From: Lingula anatina
Taxonomy: Eukaryota > Animalia > Brachiopoda
NCBI GenBank assembly: GCA_051362555.1
Contig: CM120640.1
Coordinates: 44,370,788-44,434,787 of the forward strand
DNA: 64,000 bases
Direction of reading: 5' to 3'
Shown: piece by piece, positions 50,572 to 64,000 of the stretch
How the letters are laid out: each line of letters begins with the position of its first letter
Numbering within the stretch: position 1 is the first letter of the stretch
Made by a program: the position numbers and the translations under genes
Notes under the pieces: model-generated
Seen by the model: the letters and a program-made list of their open reading frames with translations, nothing else
Database searches by the model: none
What the model was told of the DNA's origin: nothing

Positions 50572-53500
50572 AGCTCAGAATTTTCGTTTGTCATGAATAC
50601 AAATGAAAATATATTTTGTTAAAGAGGGCCCTCCTTGTCAAACACGCACCGAAAAAAATTCTTGTAATAAGTCTACTAATACCTCGTCTGAGATGGTGCT
50701 TTTAATCAGTATTTTTCAGTGAAATTAGAAGGCACCAAAACAAGGGTAACAGATTATCAATCAAGTCATAAAGCACAATACCACATTGTTATATTGTTTA
50801 AAAAGTTCCGATGTTTTAGCCATCAGTAACCTTGCACTTCTTCCACCTCTTCAAAACTTCGCTTTTCACGATTCACCACAATAGTTAGGTTGTTGAACTG
50901 AAAACATCATAAGCATAATGCAACGGACATGTCCGTTCTTAATCCAGGAAATTGGATTTCTGTTTTTCAAGACATTGGCCTGTCCATCATATTTGAACTA
51001 GATTAAAAACTCTGTACGCTGAATTCTGGGCGGTTAATATCGATTGTCCATTTTTAACATAGTTTCTTTTGTCACTTATTTCCTCATTTTGATCATATCT
51101 ATATACATTGTATCTTCGGTCTGGTCATCTCTTTATCCGACAGCGCTGGCCCAAGAAAAGAAATATAAAAATCAAGATAGTACTTTTTTAAAACTGATAA
51201 ATTTAAAGTTTTATGTAGACTTGTTAATGCATATGATTATTGTTTTTTCTGTTGTTTTCTTATCTGTGATTTCTCCAGTGTTAAGTTCTTTTTTTAATTC
51301 CTTTTTCTGATCTTTCGTGCAAAAAATCCAACTTCCCTGTGTGGCTAATGGTTTCTTTCTGCTATTGCTCATATTCAAGCAAAGGGAACGTATTGCTAGG
51401 AGATTATTATAGAGTTGATGATAGATGATGATGATGACAGGCCCGGGTGTCAAGAAAGGCCATATGCATAATAATCATAATAGAAATTTGATATCATTGT
51501 GGAAGCCAGGTATAGCTGTATCTCTCTTTTTTATTGTGCTTCACTGAGTTATTGGACTAGTTTGATTTGGACTTTTTCGCATATAGGGGTAATGAGTTAC
51601 GAGGACCACTAAGTAAGTGTTATTTTTGCGTTCATCTTATTTTTCATGTTATGAAACTTGAGATAATTATCAGATGACAGCGAATATATAAAAGCCTTCG
51701 GCGTTTTTTGAAGCATTCTTAAAACGGGTAAAAGGCAACTCGGCGAACGCGATACCAAGATATATCGTTTTGGATGTTGGATTTCTGAGGAATCACCGTG
51801 CGCCGTTAATATTCTCTCACGAGTCTGTCCTCCCTGAGACCGACGCTCCACAGGTTAAGCTCACGGGATTTGTGCAATTTACCTTTTAATTGAAAAGGAA
51901 AGGACACGCAGTAAATTAGATGCTTAATTATGTGTACTTAGATAATATCGCTTTAAATGGAAGCAATTTATCAATTTTGACAAGAGCTACTAACAACTTT
52001 CGGAGTAAGGCAAGAGTTGGTTTAATGAAGAAAAACGCCATTGAATCGTTGTTGATAATTTGATGATGTGAAAAGAAGGGGTTGATTTAGGACTACATAA
52101 TTGCACAAGTACTATAATTGTAATGTGTTTAATGAGCAAGCATTTGCCTTAAATCTACTTATTTCAGGTGATGAATAAGAAATAACAAACGCCAAGCCGT
52201 TGGCATGTACACTTTTGTCTGTCAAATAAAACTATTACGTATTTGATTAGAACCTTGCGAAATGTGTGTCTTTTCTGTTTAATGCGTGTTAACAATTGAT
52301 AAAACAGTACACGGTAAAATCAGAAATAAGATCCTCTAAATGCCAGCCACAATATTACCATTTTACTTATAGATGCCCAGTAAAACCCAATATCGCCATC
52401 TTGTTTGCTATCAAATGGACAACCCCAGCAAGATGACTCGTACGTACACGTACACGTTCAACGTCCTGCCGAAACTCTCTATTATCGACGTAAAAGCAGC
52501 ACGAAAGAAGACGAAAATAAGTAGGCCTACACGGTATAAACACATGCCAAGTAGTACAGTATATATAAATTACGCAATGGTGGAGCGCCAATGCATTTGT
52601 CTTAATCTGGATCCCAAGAAGATTCAAGTTTCAGGAAAACAGATCCCTAATCACTTTCTGCAATCCTCAAAGGTATCAGACAAACGAACTTTGATCCTTG
52701 TTCTGTTCCGCGCGGAATAAGAATTAATGAGCATTGTTTTATCATGACGGATGAAGGATAGCGGGAAGGGGTGCTGACTTCAATTTTAACCCTCCCATCT
52801 ACAAATGGAAAACAATAGGCCCCTTTTTACCAGCCTAAAATCATCTTAATCTATATCCGAGTCCATGATTGTGATTCTAACTCGTCCTAAACTGTGCCAA
52901 TGAATATGCCAAAACTGAGTTGCAAATTCAGGCAGATTTTCAATCTGCATTGGCGATATACCAAACGATACTTTGCCTTGACAATACCAGAATGGCAGTT
53001 GTGATTTTGTCTAGGCAAATTACAAATAATACCTTTGTGCTTAACTGTCGTTTGGAGAATGTTCAAAAGATTGACTTTATTTTAATTATAAGACCATTTG
53101 AACATTATATTACATACCATCTCATTATTAAGTATTTGTTACACTACAATAAACAATACATACATATACAAAACGCATGATGCAGCCCTTGTTAAACTTA
53201 TCGGTTGAGTCTAATTCAGCTGTATAAAAAAACTGTAAATCTATTTATTTTTCGGAAAGTCATACGACAAAGAAAAAGTTATAGTAGAATATGGGATAAC
53301 TAAAACATAAACCTCAAAATTGAAAGTATTAAATCACTCAGTTTCAGTTTTATTTAAATATCTGAAAGCATTAATATGCAACACTGAATTTAAAAAGAAG
53401 TAAACAAAAAACTGGCAGTTTTATTTCTTGTTTAGTTGTACATGTGTTAGATGTGCAATAAGTGACAATGAAAAAGGGAGGCAGCACATGTTTTGCTGTA

Positions 53501-53978
53501 CGTTCTACCTGTTGTATTGCATTACATATATGTACAGGTATGTACTAAAACAGAAAGTCGTAAGGATTATGCTCAGGCATCCACAATGAACAGAGTCCGA
53601 TTATGGAATAATTTCTTCCTCTCAGAGAGGTTGTAGGGAGTGGCAGTATTGCACATTTCGAATTGTTTTTAAACTAGCTAGCCTAGGTAAAATTCCTTCT
53701 GCCACCTCGCCAAGGCGGCCTGAAAACCCGCTTAGATTTGCATCTTTACTGTGACAAATACACATGCTCAGGGTGGCCATTAACACCGAAGCTGGGGGTC
53801 CTTGACGCATACATTTGTTAACACTACTCAAAGTGATAAAAAGATTTTTCTGTTGGGATTAAAATTGCCGTCGTGTTTTAAATCCCCATGAAAACAGTGA
53901 AATAGAAATCCTGACGCACTATCAACAAAACTTAAAGGAAAGTTTCGCTATCAAAGAATCGTACGATGTTGGTTTTAG

Positions 53979-54130
53979 TACCCTAGGTTCTAGATTCCGG
54001 TATTGCCAGCTCGATCTTGATTTCATATATAACCCATGTCGCAATACCAGGTAATTATTAGTAAAAGCGACTCCATCACAAGGTATATATTTAACAAGCT
54101 AGCTTTTACGTTGCTCTGACACTCAGGGTA
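53979..54130. mobile_element. ~150-bp MITE with 8-bp TSD
   Basis: TACCCTAGG...CTCAGGGTA flanked by GGTTTTAG on both sides; homolog at 10689-10831. Confidence 0.85.
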
Positions 54131-55091
54131 GGTTTTAGCTACCTCATATCATAATTTCCCTATCCCGAGTTTCAGAGTTGCTTGGTCTCTGTTTGATTAA
54201 CGATCAAATTATATAAGTGAGTTCTATAGGTCATAAGATTAAGAAAGTACTCCATTTATTTAAGTGTTAATCGCGTATCTCATCCCTTTCCGATTGGCAT
54301 AGAAAACCCTTACCAAGAAAAATGGGTTTTGCAGCAAAGGATCTTCATAGATAAGTCGTGAAATAATGATAAACAAAGGCAGGAACTGCAACTCTGTGAC
54401 TCTCCAAATGCGAATGAAACAACACCTTAAAATCGATAGTCAAAATGCATGACTAAGATGCTTCAATTTAAAGCATGAAAAAATGCTTCCAAGTTAAGAC
54501 TATGAAAGGCATTGAAAATACCACTAGAGTTGATAATGCTAAAGTAGCCGGTTGATTACATTCCACAAATAGAATGTTTCTTTGCTCAGAGAAAAAATAA
54601 TAGCTTGTGAGATTAATACATCTTTCTTTTGCTGCGAGGCGCAAATCTGTATCATTTGATTCATTTCTCTATTATTCCCATTGGCTGCAACGTGATATTC
54701 TATATACATGTACACTATTGATCAAAAAGGTTGTCACACCTCAAACTTCTTCTTTTTGTTTACAAATCATCATACTGCAGTTGCAAACCGTTTTAAATAG
54801 TGTTATTGTGTTTTTTTTTTACTTCAGATACTATATCTAACATGACTTAGAGTATAAAAAAATACCGGTGTAAATACCCATATCTTGCCAACGTGTATTC
54901 AAAGAAAAGGGGAAAAACACATATTCAAATCTGATGACGTTCTACAGTGACATATTTAGAAATAAAAAAAATCCATTGAAAAGACAAAGCTAATTATCGC
55001 CAAAACTCTACACTTCCAAGGGACGTTCCCCAGCAAGTCTACAGACTCATTTACCATCGATGGGGTACATGGTATTTGGCAGCAAAGTGAT

Positions 55092-55271
55092 CAATGGCCA
55101 GGTTCGGTTCCCCTGGACTCATGGCGGTCTTTAATGGGGTGGACTATTGGGATGAATTGGAGCAAATGTATGGAAGAGACCAACTGGACCAATCTGGACG
55201 AACTCCGCCATGCTTTCCAGGAACAATGGGACAATATCTCAGAAAATAGAATTTTGACGGTAGTTGAAAAC
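55092..55271 (+). pseudogene. Decayed Tc1/mariner transposase C-terminal fragment
   Basis: Frameshifted pieces QWPGS.., DYWDELEQ.. and TNLDELRHAFQEQWDNISENRILTVVEN resemble the WP-SPDL..W..L...NL.EL...W..I region of Tc1-like transposases. Confidence 0.5.
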
Positions 55272-56979
55272 TGGGGATAGTTGCTGTTTAGGGTATATCC
55301 CTAATAATCACGAAACATTGCTTACCACAGAAGGCTGCATACGCAGTTTTACTTAACAACCAATTTTACATCGAACGTGACATTTATTCCATATGGTCGT
55401 CATTTTTAAATTTACTATAAGGTTTCTGAATTCTTACACAAGATATAACAGCTGCACGCAGTTCAATTTCAACATTACTATTACTTTCACCAGTTAACGG
55501 AAATCGACAGTGTTAGGAGGCAAATAATAACGGCCTTTCACTATCTGACTGGTATCCTCTATCAGTTTGTTCACAAGTGCTAGATAATAGTATTTTGAAT
55601 TATTATATTGGAAAAAATGTTAACCAACTTTTGCTTATGCAAAGGGACTTTCATTCCTTATTAAGTTTTGGACCCTGGATTTGCAGCACGCACGCAATAT
55701 GCACCTGAAGACTCAGGTGGTTTAGTATATGTGATTACTTGCCAGCAGATCAGCGTTTTTTTTTTTTTTTTCGAGTGAACGTCGGGAAGCTTTCAACGGA
55801 ATTACAACTAGAAAAGCACTCAAAAAGCGCAAAGATCCAACAAGACAGTTTTATTCTCCTTATCATTTAAATAATGGATCACTACCAAAAACAACCGCCA
55901 CAACCGATGTGTTTGCTACAGCTACATCACAAAACAGGGGTTGAGGGGTATCTTCAAACCTCCATAACGCTGGAATAATCTTGTCGTTTAACTTTGTACT
56001 GCAATTGTAACCGCGGACAGAATAACAAAAAAGGTCCTTATGTAAGAATACTTTGACCACTGCAAAAGTAAGTGACAAATGAAACGGGTGACAACAATCG
56101 AGCGCCAAATGGTCGTTTATCTTACTATGTCTTTCATTACGTAGCCTTTAGCTAGAGTAATAGGCAGGCTCTCAGTCAATGCTTCTGTCATGTTTGTAAT
56201 AAATGGGAAACACTTAGCGTTAATAGTGTAAAATCACAGTGTGTGTAGCCTTCAGCACGTCTCTTTTATCCAGTCTATATCATTTGTACGTAATCGCATG
56301 TCATCTCCACTTAAAACTGGATCACAAGTAACGAATGATCGCTCTCAGCGGAGAACCGCACAGTCAGCACTGCCGATACGTGGTAATATAAGGAACTGCT
56401 GTAATTCAGCCAAAGCGCTCTTCACTGCATTCCATTTCTCTCTCAGCTGCTGGGTGTATTTATATAATATGCAAAATAAATATGGCATTCTTGGAATATT
56501 TCCTTTCTGGTTACTTCGTCTTCAAGCTCCCTTCAACGCCGCACGACAAGGTGTGGCTTAATTATGATAAATGATTCACCAGTGCGACCCCCTGGTAATT
56601 ATACAGGAATAAAAGGTAACACAGAGCCTAATACCGGGCGGATCTTTGGTGTTCCTTTTAGTTTATTAATGGGCCTTATTTGTGTTCATTATATACGAAG
56701 ATCCTATCACTCATATGCTGGTGTCTTCCTTCGAGATCAAGCCCTAGACCTATGTTATTTCATTAGTGTTTAGATGATACCATAAATACATGAAGGTTCC
56801 GTCTGTCTGTGATGATAAATAATCGTAAGAAAAGTGAAAATTGGTCGTTATTGAAAAAATAATTGAGACTTTTTTTGGTGGGAGGCAAGGCGGGGGTTGC
56901 AATTACACAGTAAAAGGAGGGGTGAACGAGGGAAATGATTTTCTTTGTTGGGGATTACGCAGTAGGATTTCACTTTGTG

Positions 56980-57574
56980 CACTCGTCCACTCGTTCTTGC
57001 CAATACCCAATGATGAATTGTTGCAGCTAAATAGATGGGAAACGTCGCATTTCTCTTAATGACCATACTCCCAGATCTGTTTGAAGTAAATTCAATCAAT
57101 ACCATCTACTAGATACAGATAACTTAATTACCATAAAAGAGTTCACGTTTCCAGCTCTGCTTTTGACATGTGATCAAAATGACAAAGTCCGTGTTGCGGA
57201 CAAGGGGTCTTTCGCTTGGGCAAGTTTTTTTTGCTTTGAATTAGTCATTCTGGTTTTCCATGAAAATTATTATCTATAGGAAATTTTCATACAATACCGA
57301 CTGATGCAGTCGGATTTCACGTTTTTTGCTTTGTTTTGTGTGTGTGCGCGCGCACGTGCTCGCCCATTGTTTCTTGCCCATTCGATTGATAAATTGTCAC
57401 GGCTAAATAGACAGGAAATGTTGCACATCTCTTAATGACCATACTCCCAGATCTGTTTGAAGCAAATTCAATCAATACCATCTACTAGATACAGATAACT
57501 TAATTACTATAAAAGAGTTCACGTTTCCAGTTTTGCTTGGTAAATGTGGTCAAAACGACAAGGCACGCGTTACG
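56980..57574. repeat. Local direct duplication (~220 bp, offset 376 bp)
   Basis: 56980-57198 vs 57356-57574; the core ...TCTCTTAATGACCATACTCCCAGATCTGTTTGAAG... is nearly identical. Confidence 0.85.
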
Positions 57575-58650
57575 CAATCTCCCACGAGTCCCCACATTTC
57601 TGCAAGTCTGAAAAGTTGCCCCCACAACGTCTTTTTTAATACTCTTCCTTATTTTCTTTTTCGGGTCCTGTGTTTGATAACAGTTCCACACTAAAGCCTT
57701 GTGTTCCACGTCAAATAACCAGATGTCTATGTCGTCGTGTCCACCATAAAGGAAAAATACATATAGCAGTGTTATGTCTTGGATGTTTGTTCGCATCATT
57801 TATAGAAAAAAATTTAACAGCAGTCGCTTCAAGTTATCAAATCGATCAATACCATTTACTTAATCAGAAGAAATTTAAGTTATCAAAATCTTTGTTTAGA
57901 TCACTTTTTATCAAACTATTTCTCATTCACAATATTTTAATTTCCAGCGCATGTAATGGCTATTATACCATAGTTCGGAGGTTATTGAAATCAAATATAC
58001 ATTAATTCCACACAATGTACTAATACAGTAGATAAAGTTTATATTTTTTGTTCATGTTTAAATTAAAAGAGCATGTTGCTTAAGTTACTTTCAATCTTTT
58101 CAAGCAAATTGTATAGAGATAATGGATACGATTGAGAAATTCCATCATTCATCGTCACTATTAAATCCCTTACTATACGTACAACAAACAAGGCAAATAA
58201 ACTTACAATAACTTCTTTTCAAATTAATTTAACACAACAACAAAAATGGATTTGACACAGGCAAGCTTCCTCTGTAAAGGCCGGTAGCATTCATCCCCAG
58301 GGCTCATACCATGTGGCAAATTATGTTGTCAAGGGGTACATTTGGGAGACATCAAATGAAATATACAGCTTTCCACTTTAAAAAAAAGCCAATAATTTAC
58401 CTGAATAATATACTTATTAGCTGAAACAAAGACCGTGCTTTGGAAACAAGGAAAACTCTTGTAGGAGTTGGGGGAATGCTTTGTCTTCATTATGAAAAAG
58501 CCATAATTTAAAGAGGAGAAATATGCCCCGTTGAGCCTCCCAGTTAAATGTCAAACTGCCCCTGTAGATTTGGAATACTGCATTATGGCTGGGGGCACAT
58601 ATCTGCTCTGGCCAAATCAGATAGTGAAAATTGATTGAATGGCGCTGAGG

Positions 58651-58822
58651 TCAGAGAATGACTTTGCTGAGGTTTGTATAGCCAACACCAACACAAGTCA
58701 GGACAAGTTTGTCCCCTCCAGTGTTAAGCTCTTCCTCATTGTCATCAGTTCCTTTGTTCGATTTTGTTTCTATCTTAAAAGTAACTCCAAAAAAGTCTTT
58801 TATGTGCCTTAAAAACTGGATT
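58651..58822 (-). CDS. RCL1: RNA 3'-terminal phosphate cyclase-like protein, last exon
   Basis: IQFLRHIKDFFGVTFKIETK...GGDKLVLTCVGVGYTNLSKVIL* matches the recalled RCL1 C-terminus; AG acceptor, phase 2. Confidence 0.93.
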
Positions 58823-59531
58823 CTGAAACAAAAGAGAGAGAAAATTTAAAAGAATGTGATAAATAGGGCACTTCCAATATAATCCACTATAACTGTACTG
58901 TGCACATAAAGGAAATATTAAAGTATACAAAGAAAAGCATTAAAATACACTTTAAAACAGATGTGCATATAAATGCTGAAGAAATACAAGCCTACACCAC
59001 TTACTACTTGTACAATGGATACCCTTAGGACACTCACACATACTACAAATTCATTCAGTTGTACATAAGAACTTGATGGATATTTTTTAAAAGAAAAGGA
59101 AGACTAACATTTGCCAAAGTTGAATCTATGTCCTTGAGGTTTATTAACTGGTGAAAGACCAGCATTTTAGGACAACTTTGAAGCTTCATCATCTTACCAC
59201 AGTTAATGGAAGTTCTGATGAAAAGCAATCCCCACCTAACCCCCAGGCCAACAAGAAATTTAAGGTACTTCAAATAAATGTGCTCGAAAAAGGAAGAGAA
59301 AAGATAACTGTACTTCTGTAATGGGGTGGATTTTCAATGAGACAGACAGACAGACAGACACAGAATAGCTGACAGACATATAGCCCTGAAAGAAAAGGGT
59401 GACAAAATGATACTCGGTTAGATTTCAAATAGACAAACAGTACAGCTACAGAAAGAGAAATTCAGCCTGAATTTAACATTTAAAGACATTAGTCACTAGA
59501 TCTGTAAGATAAAAAGGAAGCAGAAACTCAC

Positions 59532-59635
59532 GTGTATGGTGTTAGAGGTCCGGTCAGTATTTTGGAGACGTCTTGCTGTCCAAGACACATTAATAACACT
59601 GCTAAACTCTGACTGGAAGAATCTACACAGCCACC
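59532..59635 (-). CDS. RCL1: RCL1 penultimate exon
   Basis: GGCVDSSSQSLAVLLMCLGQQDVSKILTGPLTPYT; CAG acceptor and GTGAGT donor. Confidence 0.93.
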
Positions 59636-61457
59636 CTGGAATGATCAATACACCAAACATATTACCAAAGAGTCGTGCTTTTTTCTAAAAAAATTTGTCA
59701 TAGTGACTTTAAATATCTTCAGTAAAATTTTGGTAGTCTATTGCTATCATATTTAGCTTTCAGTTTATTAGTAATTAACAATTTAAGTTGCAAAGTACAT
59801 GAAGTTGCATTTCTTTCTACCAGAGACTCTTCCAGCTGTTATAAAACTGGATGAAAGAAGATGTCCAATTTTGGCACAGTAAGAAGGGTCTTTGGTAGAG
59901 ATGAAAGTTGTGTAGCTGCTCCAATGTTTCAGTGTTTTTTAATTAGGCTATTATCACACATCTGGGGCAGTTACATGTGGTATGAATCTGGCTAACTGTG
60001 TCTGTCTTGGATTTTCCATATGCAATTTAAGACTGAAAAACTGAATCATGGAAATATGAGATTGCATTATCCACATGAAAATTAAAAAGAAGTTTCCAAT
60101 TTTGAGCCATAATAGGAAACCAATACAAATATTACACTATAAGAATTAACCTACCAGGAGAATTCTTTGAACACCCTTTACATACATATATAAAAAAAAA
60201 AAACTGCTCTCTATAAATTGTGTCTAGTCCACAGTTACTTAAAAAAAAAAAGAATCTGCAAATTGTATGATTTTTGCATGATTGGATGTGAGGGTATGAG
60301 ACACATTACAGAGAACATATCAAATGACCCATTATTTCTGGACTGTTATGTAATAGCACTGAATACCTGCTTGCTTTTTATTGTTGACAAAAGTCAGCCA
60401 CATCTGAACAACAACTAATGTGGATACTTATCAAATTCAAAGAATCCAAGTGTTTGGTTTCTTCCAGCTAATCAGAACCATCATCTGTCACAGAAATAAT
60501 GTCAACATCTAACAATTTATCTGATCAAACAGGATGGCCAAGTTGCCAGCAACAAGACTCATAGTGAAAATGAAGTGCCTGTAATTTTGATTTTTGATTT
60601 ATTTGAATGTCATTACACAGAGATGCTCACTTTGCAGAAATGATATTGATAATTCTTTCAAAAAGTGAGTATACTTTCTTCTGTTTTCTTCTATTAAAAT
60701 ATAGATAATACCATCTTTATCAAAATAATAGATGAACCAATTAACGAAGGCAACATAATTAATAAGAAATTAAAAAACTAACTGTGAAAAAGAGAAAAAG
60801 CTCAAAATTAATTATAAAAACCTCAATAGAACAGTGCTTCAAAATCTTTATCTCTTAATCCCAACTCCATAAAAAACCAACCTCATACCCTTCTATCTCT
60901 ATCTGTCTCAAATTGCACTTAGACGTGGTTAAGTGATTTCCGGGAAAAGTGTCTCCACATTGTCAACATCATTTGTCAACCAGCACATTAGTTTCCAACA
61001 AAACACTACAAATAAATCCAAGTTCACACTATTTGGGTATGACTTTCAATAATTTACGTGTAAGCTACTTACTGTAGACCTAGCCAATGTCACTTTACAC
61101 ACATTAATTGGTGAAAATAAATACTTAGTCAAAAGAAAGAAGCAACATTTCCCAAGAGAATGAACATCACCAACAGGTTGTCCTGTCAAATAAACATGAC
61201 CAAGCAGCGAATATCAACCTCAACTTTATATAGTAGTATTCCAAAGGAAAGAGAAGAACTATTTATTATAAATTATCTATGCAACAGTCCTCAGTTTGAT
61301 TTACCTGAAAATAATTGTTAAATGATAGTGGCAAATATGCTCTAAAGACTTGCTTCTTTGTAGCATCTTTTATGTCATAAAAGTAACCCAGGTACTCCGG
61401 TACTGAGACAACAAATTCTAAGCTTTCACTGGAAGTAATTACAAGAAGTTTGAACTA

Positions 61458-61507
<50 letters not shown>
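61458..61507. repeat. (AAT)n microsatellite
   Basis: Direct reading. Confidence 0.95.
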
Positions 61508-61511
<4 letters not shown>

Positions 61512-62218
61512 CTCAAAGCATGTGTCTTTAAAAAAAATCGATAGTTCTTCTAAAAACTTTTTGTGATATGTTTCATAATCATCAAATATAATTTACAATC
61601 AAACCTTAACAAAATGTGCTCACAATCACATCATGAGTAATTAATGCATAATATTAATATCTAATTGATCATTTATACAAAGTGCCATCACTATTATGTG
61701 TAATTATAGCATAACACACTATAAGCTTGTATATTCTCGTGTAGTTTCAAAATGTGGCAAAGAAAATTAACTGGCTTCTTAAATGTAATAGAGTTTCAAA
61801 ATTGATTAATTAAGGGTTGTCAACGAAACAGATTGCATTTCAAGGGCGACAAATCTGTCGAAGTTAATGTTTTGAAAATAATGAGTGAATCAAGACTAAT
61901 GGAGCTGAAACCTAAAAAAAAAACATAGCTTTCATTTAATCAGCTTGAAAGGGCAGAATCTGAGTTTCATTTTCTTTATACATAGCCTATGCTAATGCCC
62001 AAAGGCATGTTGCAGCTTTTGAAGTTATAGGACACTGCCCCTACTAAAAAATAATATTTTTATTCATAGTAAAAAATACAAGAAATGCCTGATCTAACTC
62101 TAACTGTTAAACGGTAGAAGCCCTTTCATATAACAACAGAACATTTTGACAATTTGGACATGAAATCAGTAAGGCCATTTTTACATTGTAAGTTACACGT
62201 ATCAAAACTCTTAGACTT

Positions 62219-62386
62219 CAGGGGCGGATTTAGGTCGTCTTCTGGGTCTTCCGGAAGACGGTCAGATTTTTAAGTTTACATTGACGGGTATCTAATATTT
62301 TCTGTCGGAAGACGGTCAAAAATTGAGGACAAATTAACAAAGATATTTTGGAAGACTGTCAGAAAATATCTCTGGATCCGCCCATG
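62219..62386. mobile_element. hAT-like MITE in RCL1 intron
   Basis: CAGGGGCGGAT...ATCCGCCCATG termini, repeated GGAAGACGGTCA motif, and GACTT direct repeats on both sides. Confidence 0.7.
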
Positions 62387-63726
62387 GACTTGTCCTAACA
62401 AGTAATTATACTACATGTTTTTTTTCTCACATTCATAAGTTTGCTTCCAACTGTTTGAACCAGTCAAAATTAATCTGGTGAACTGGCCATATTTCAAGCA
62501 CACTGTAGGTGCCTTTCTTGCATAACAGCCCTTCTACTCAGTTGTCAATCTCCCTAAGTATTTCAATGCAGATACTTGTAATGCATGATGTGAAAAGGTC
62601 CTTAATTATAGGCCAAGACTGTAAGACACACTTCATCTCCTCTCACTCAACCAAAGAAGTTTTTTTTGTCAAAGTATCCCACTTCACACAAATAATAAAC
62701 CCATCTTTGGTGTCTTCTTTGATTACATCATATCAAGGAGATAATGTCATTGCCTCTGCAGACACTGAGCTTCAGCACAATTTACACACTAGGATTCTCG
62801 GGCAGCAGTGGGCTTCACTTTAATCTCTTAAGTAACAGCAACTGCATGTGCTCTGCTTTAAAGTAATCCAATTGCATTTAAATACTAACAAGTTTACAAT
62901 CAAAGACCTCCAGATATATGAAAAACCAATGAGCTGAACAACAAAATGATTTTTAAATTCATGTTCACAATTTGTCAACTGTAAAATAAAATGGCAATAA
63001 TTTATCCTTTTCCAGTCTACTAGACAGTAGTCACTTCTCACCAGTTATATTTTGCAGTTTTTTCTCAATTCACACTTATTAAAAAATCTCAACATGAGTC
63101 TTCATCATAAACTGCTGGACTTAATATTTAATGCAGTTATTGTTCCCAGTGACTTACAATATTACAAAGTCATCCTGAGCAATGAGAATACTCCTAGGCA
63201 CTTATTTCAATTAAAAAATAAAAACCATCTGGGAAATCTTAGTAGAAAGTGTCATGACTCTTTGTTGGAAGCCACCTAGACACGAAAATTAACCACTATG
63301 AATAAAATAGAGATCCTCTGCTTTTCGCTATGCCATCTTAGGCTCTGTAGAGAAGACAGAATTACACTGAACAAAACAACATGTCACTGCTTTTCCCGTT
63401 ATATCAAAGAGCGGTTGCAGCAACAGAAAGCCAGACAGTAATACAGCAGTTTATGACCAGAAATTCAATCTGTTATCAACATTTCTCTAAACCAATGTAA
63501 ATGTAATTATGTTAATTGGTCAAGGCTAAATTACTTTTCCAATTGCCAAATAGCACAGGGATAACTTACATATAAATGTGATGATCTTTTTCTAGGTGCA
63601 ATTTCACTTGAGGAAGCTGGCATTTTTTTTCTAAATTCAATATGGTTCAACACCCTTGACAGAGATCTAATTTTCTGCAAAATGTTAATGGTTTCTGTAG
63701 ACACATCCTGAAAAAAAAACACCTAC

Positions 63727-63886
63727 CCTGTGTATTTCCTTCAATAAGTGTTTGGCAGCGTCTTTTCCCAAATCCTCAGGAACTGTAGGCCCTGCCTCAG
63801 AGCCTTTGACATTGGAAGCAAGCTCAGCTGTTAGGAAAGCACCATTAGTTGTCTCTGCAACAAGTGTTAAACCAAAGCCTGGAGAC
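63727..63886 (-). CDS. RCL1: RCL1 internal exon (gene continues beyond window)
   Basis: SPGFGLTLVAETTNGAFLTAELASN...VPEDLGKDAAKHLLKEIHR; TAG acceptor and GTAGGT donor, phase 0 into GGCVD. Confidence 0.93.
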
Positions 63887-64000
63887 CTATAAAACAAAAT
63901 AGTCTGTTTAAAAAACATTGGCAAGTGAATGGATTGTAGTCAACTTGTCATCAATTACCAAGGTGTTCAACTACTGTTTGTGAATTTATCAATGCAACAA

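Overview
AT-rich, intron-containing animal genomic DNA. Mollusc/lophotrochozoan origin is likely from the Helentron-type repeats and neuropeptide style, but is not provable here. Most ORF-track entries are spurious, so the real genes were rebuilt by hand from splice sites. (1) 2.6-18.7 kb: a tandem array of three minus-strand genes encoding a signal peptide, one MAM domain and a Thr-rich tail. One is intact through six exons, one is a pseudogene (premature TGA plus a 5-bp TA-CAG-TA frameshift) and one is interrupted; the array is overlaid with datable DNA-transposon insertions. (2) 21.2-22.0 kb: a single-exon intracellular LRR gene. (3) 43.4-50.6 kb, the stand-out: a two-coding-exon, ~406-aa neuropeptide precursor whose signal-peptide exon (43438-43552) is missed by the ORF track. 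It is predicted to release 14 copies of the tripeptide RFLamide, one GRFLamide and a C-terminal pyroGlu...PHFIamide peptide. (4) 58.6-63.9 kb: the last three exons of RCL1 on the minus strand. Several MITE families and microsatellites lie in between. All identities and family assignments are by eye; no searches were run.
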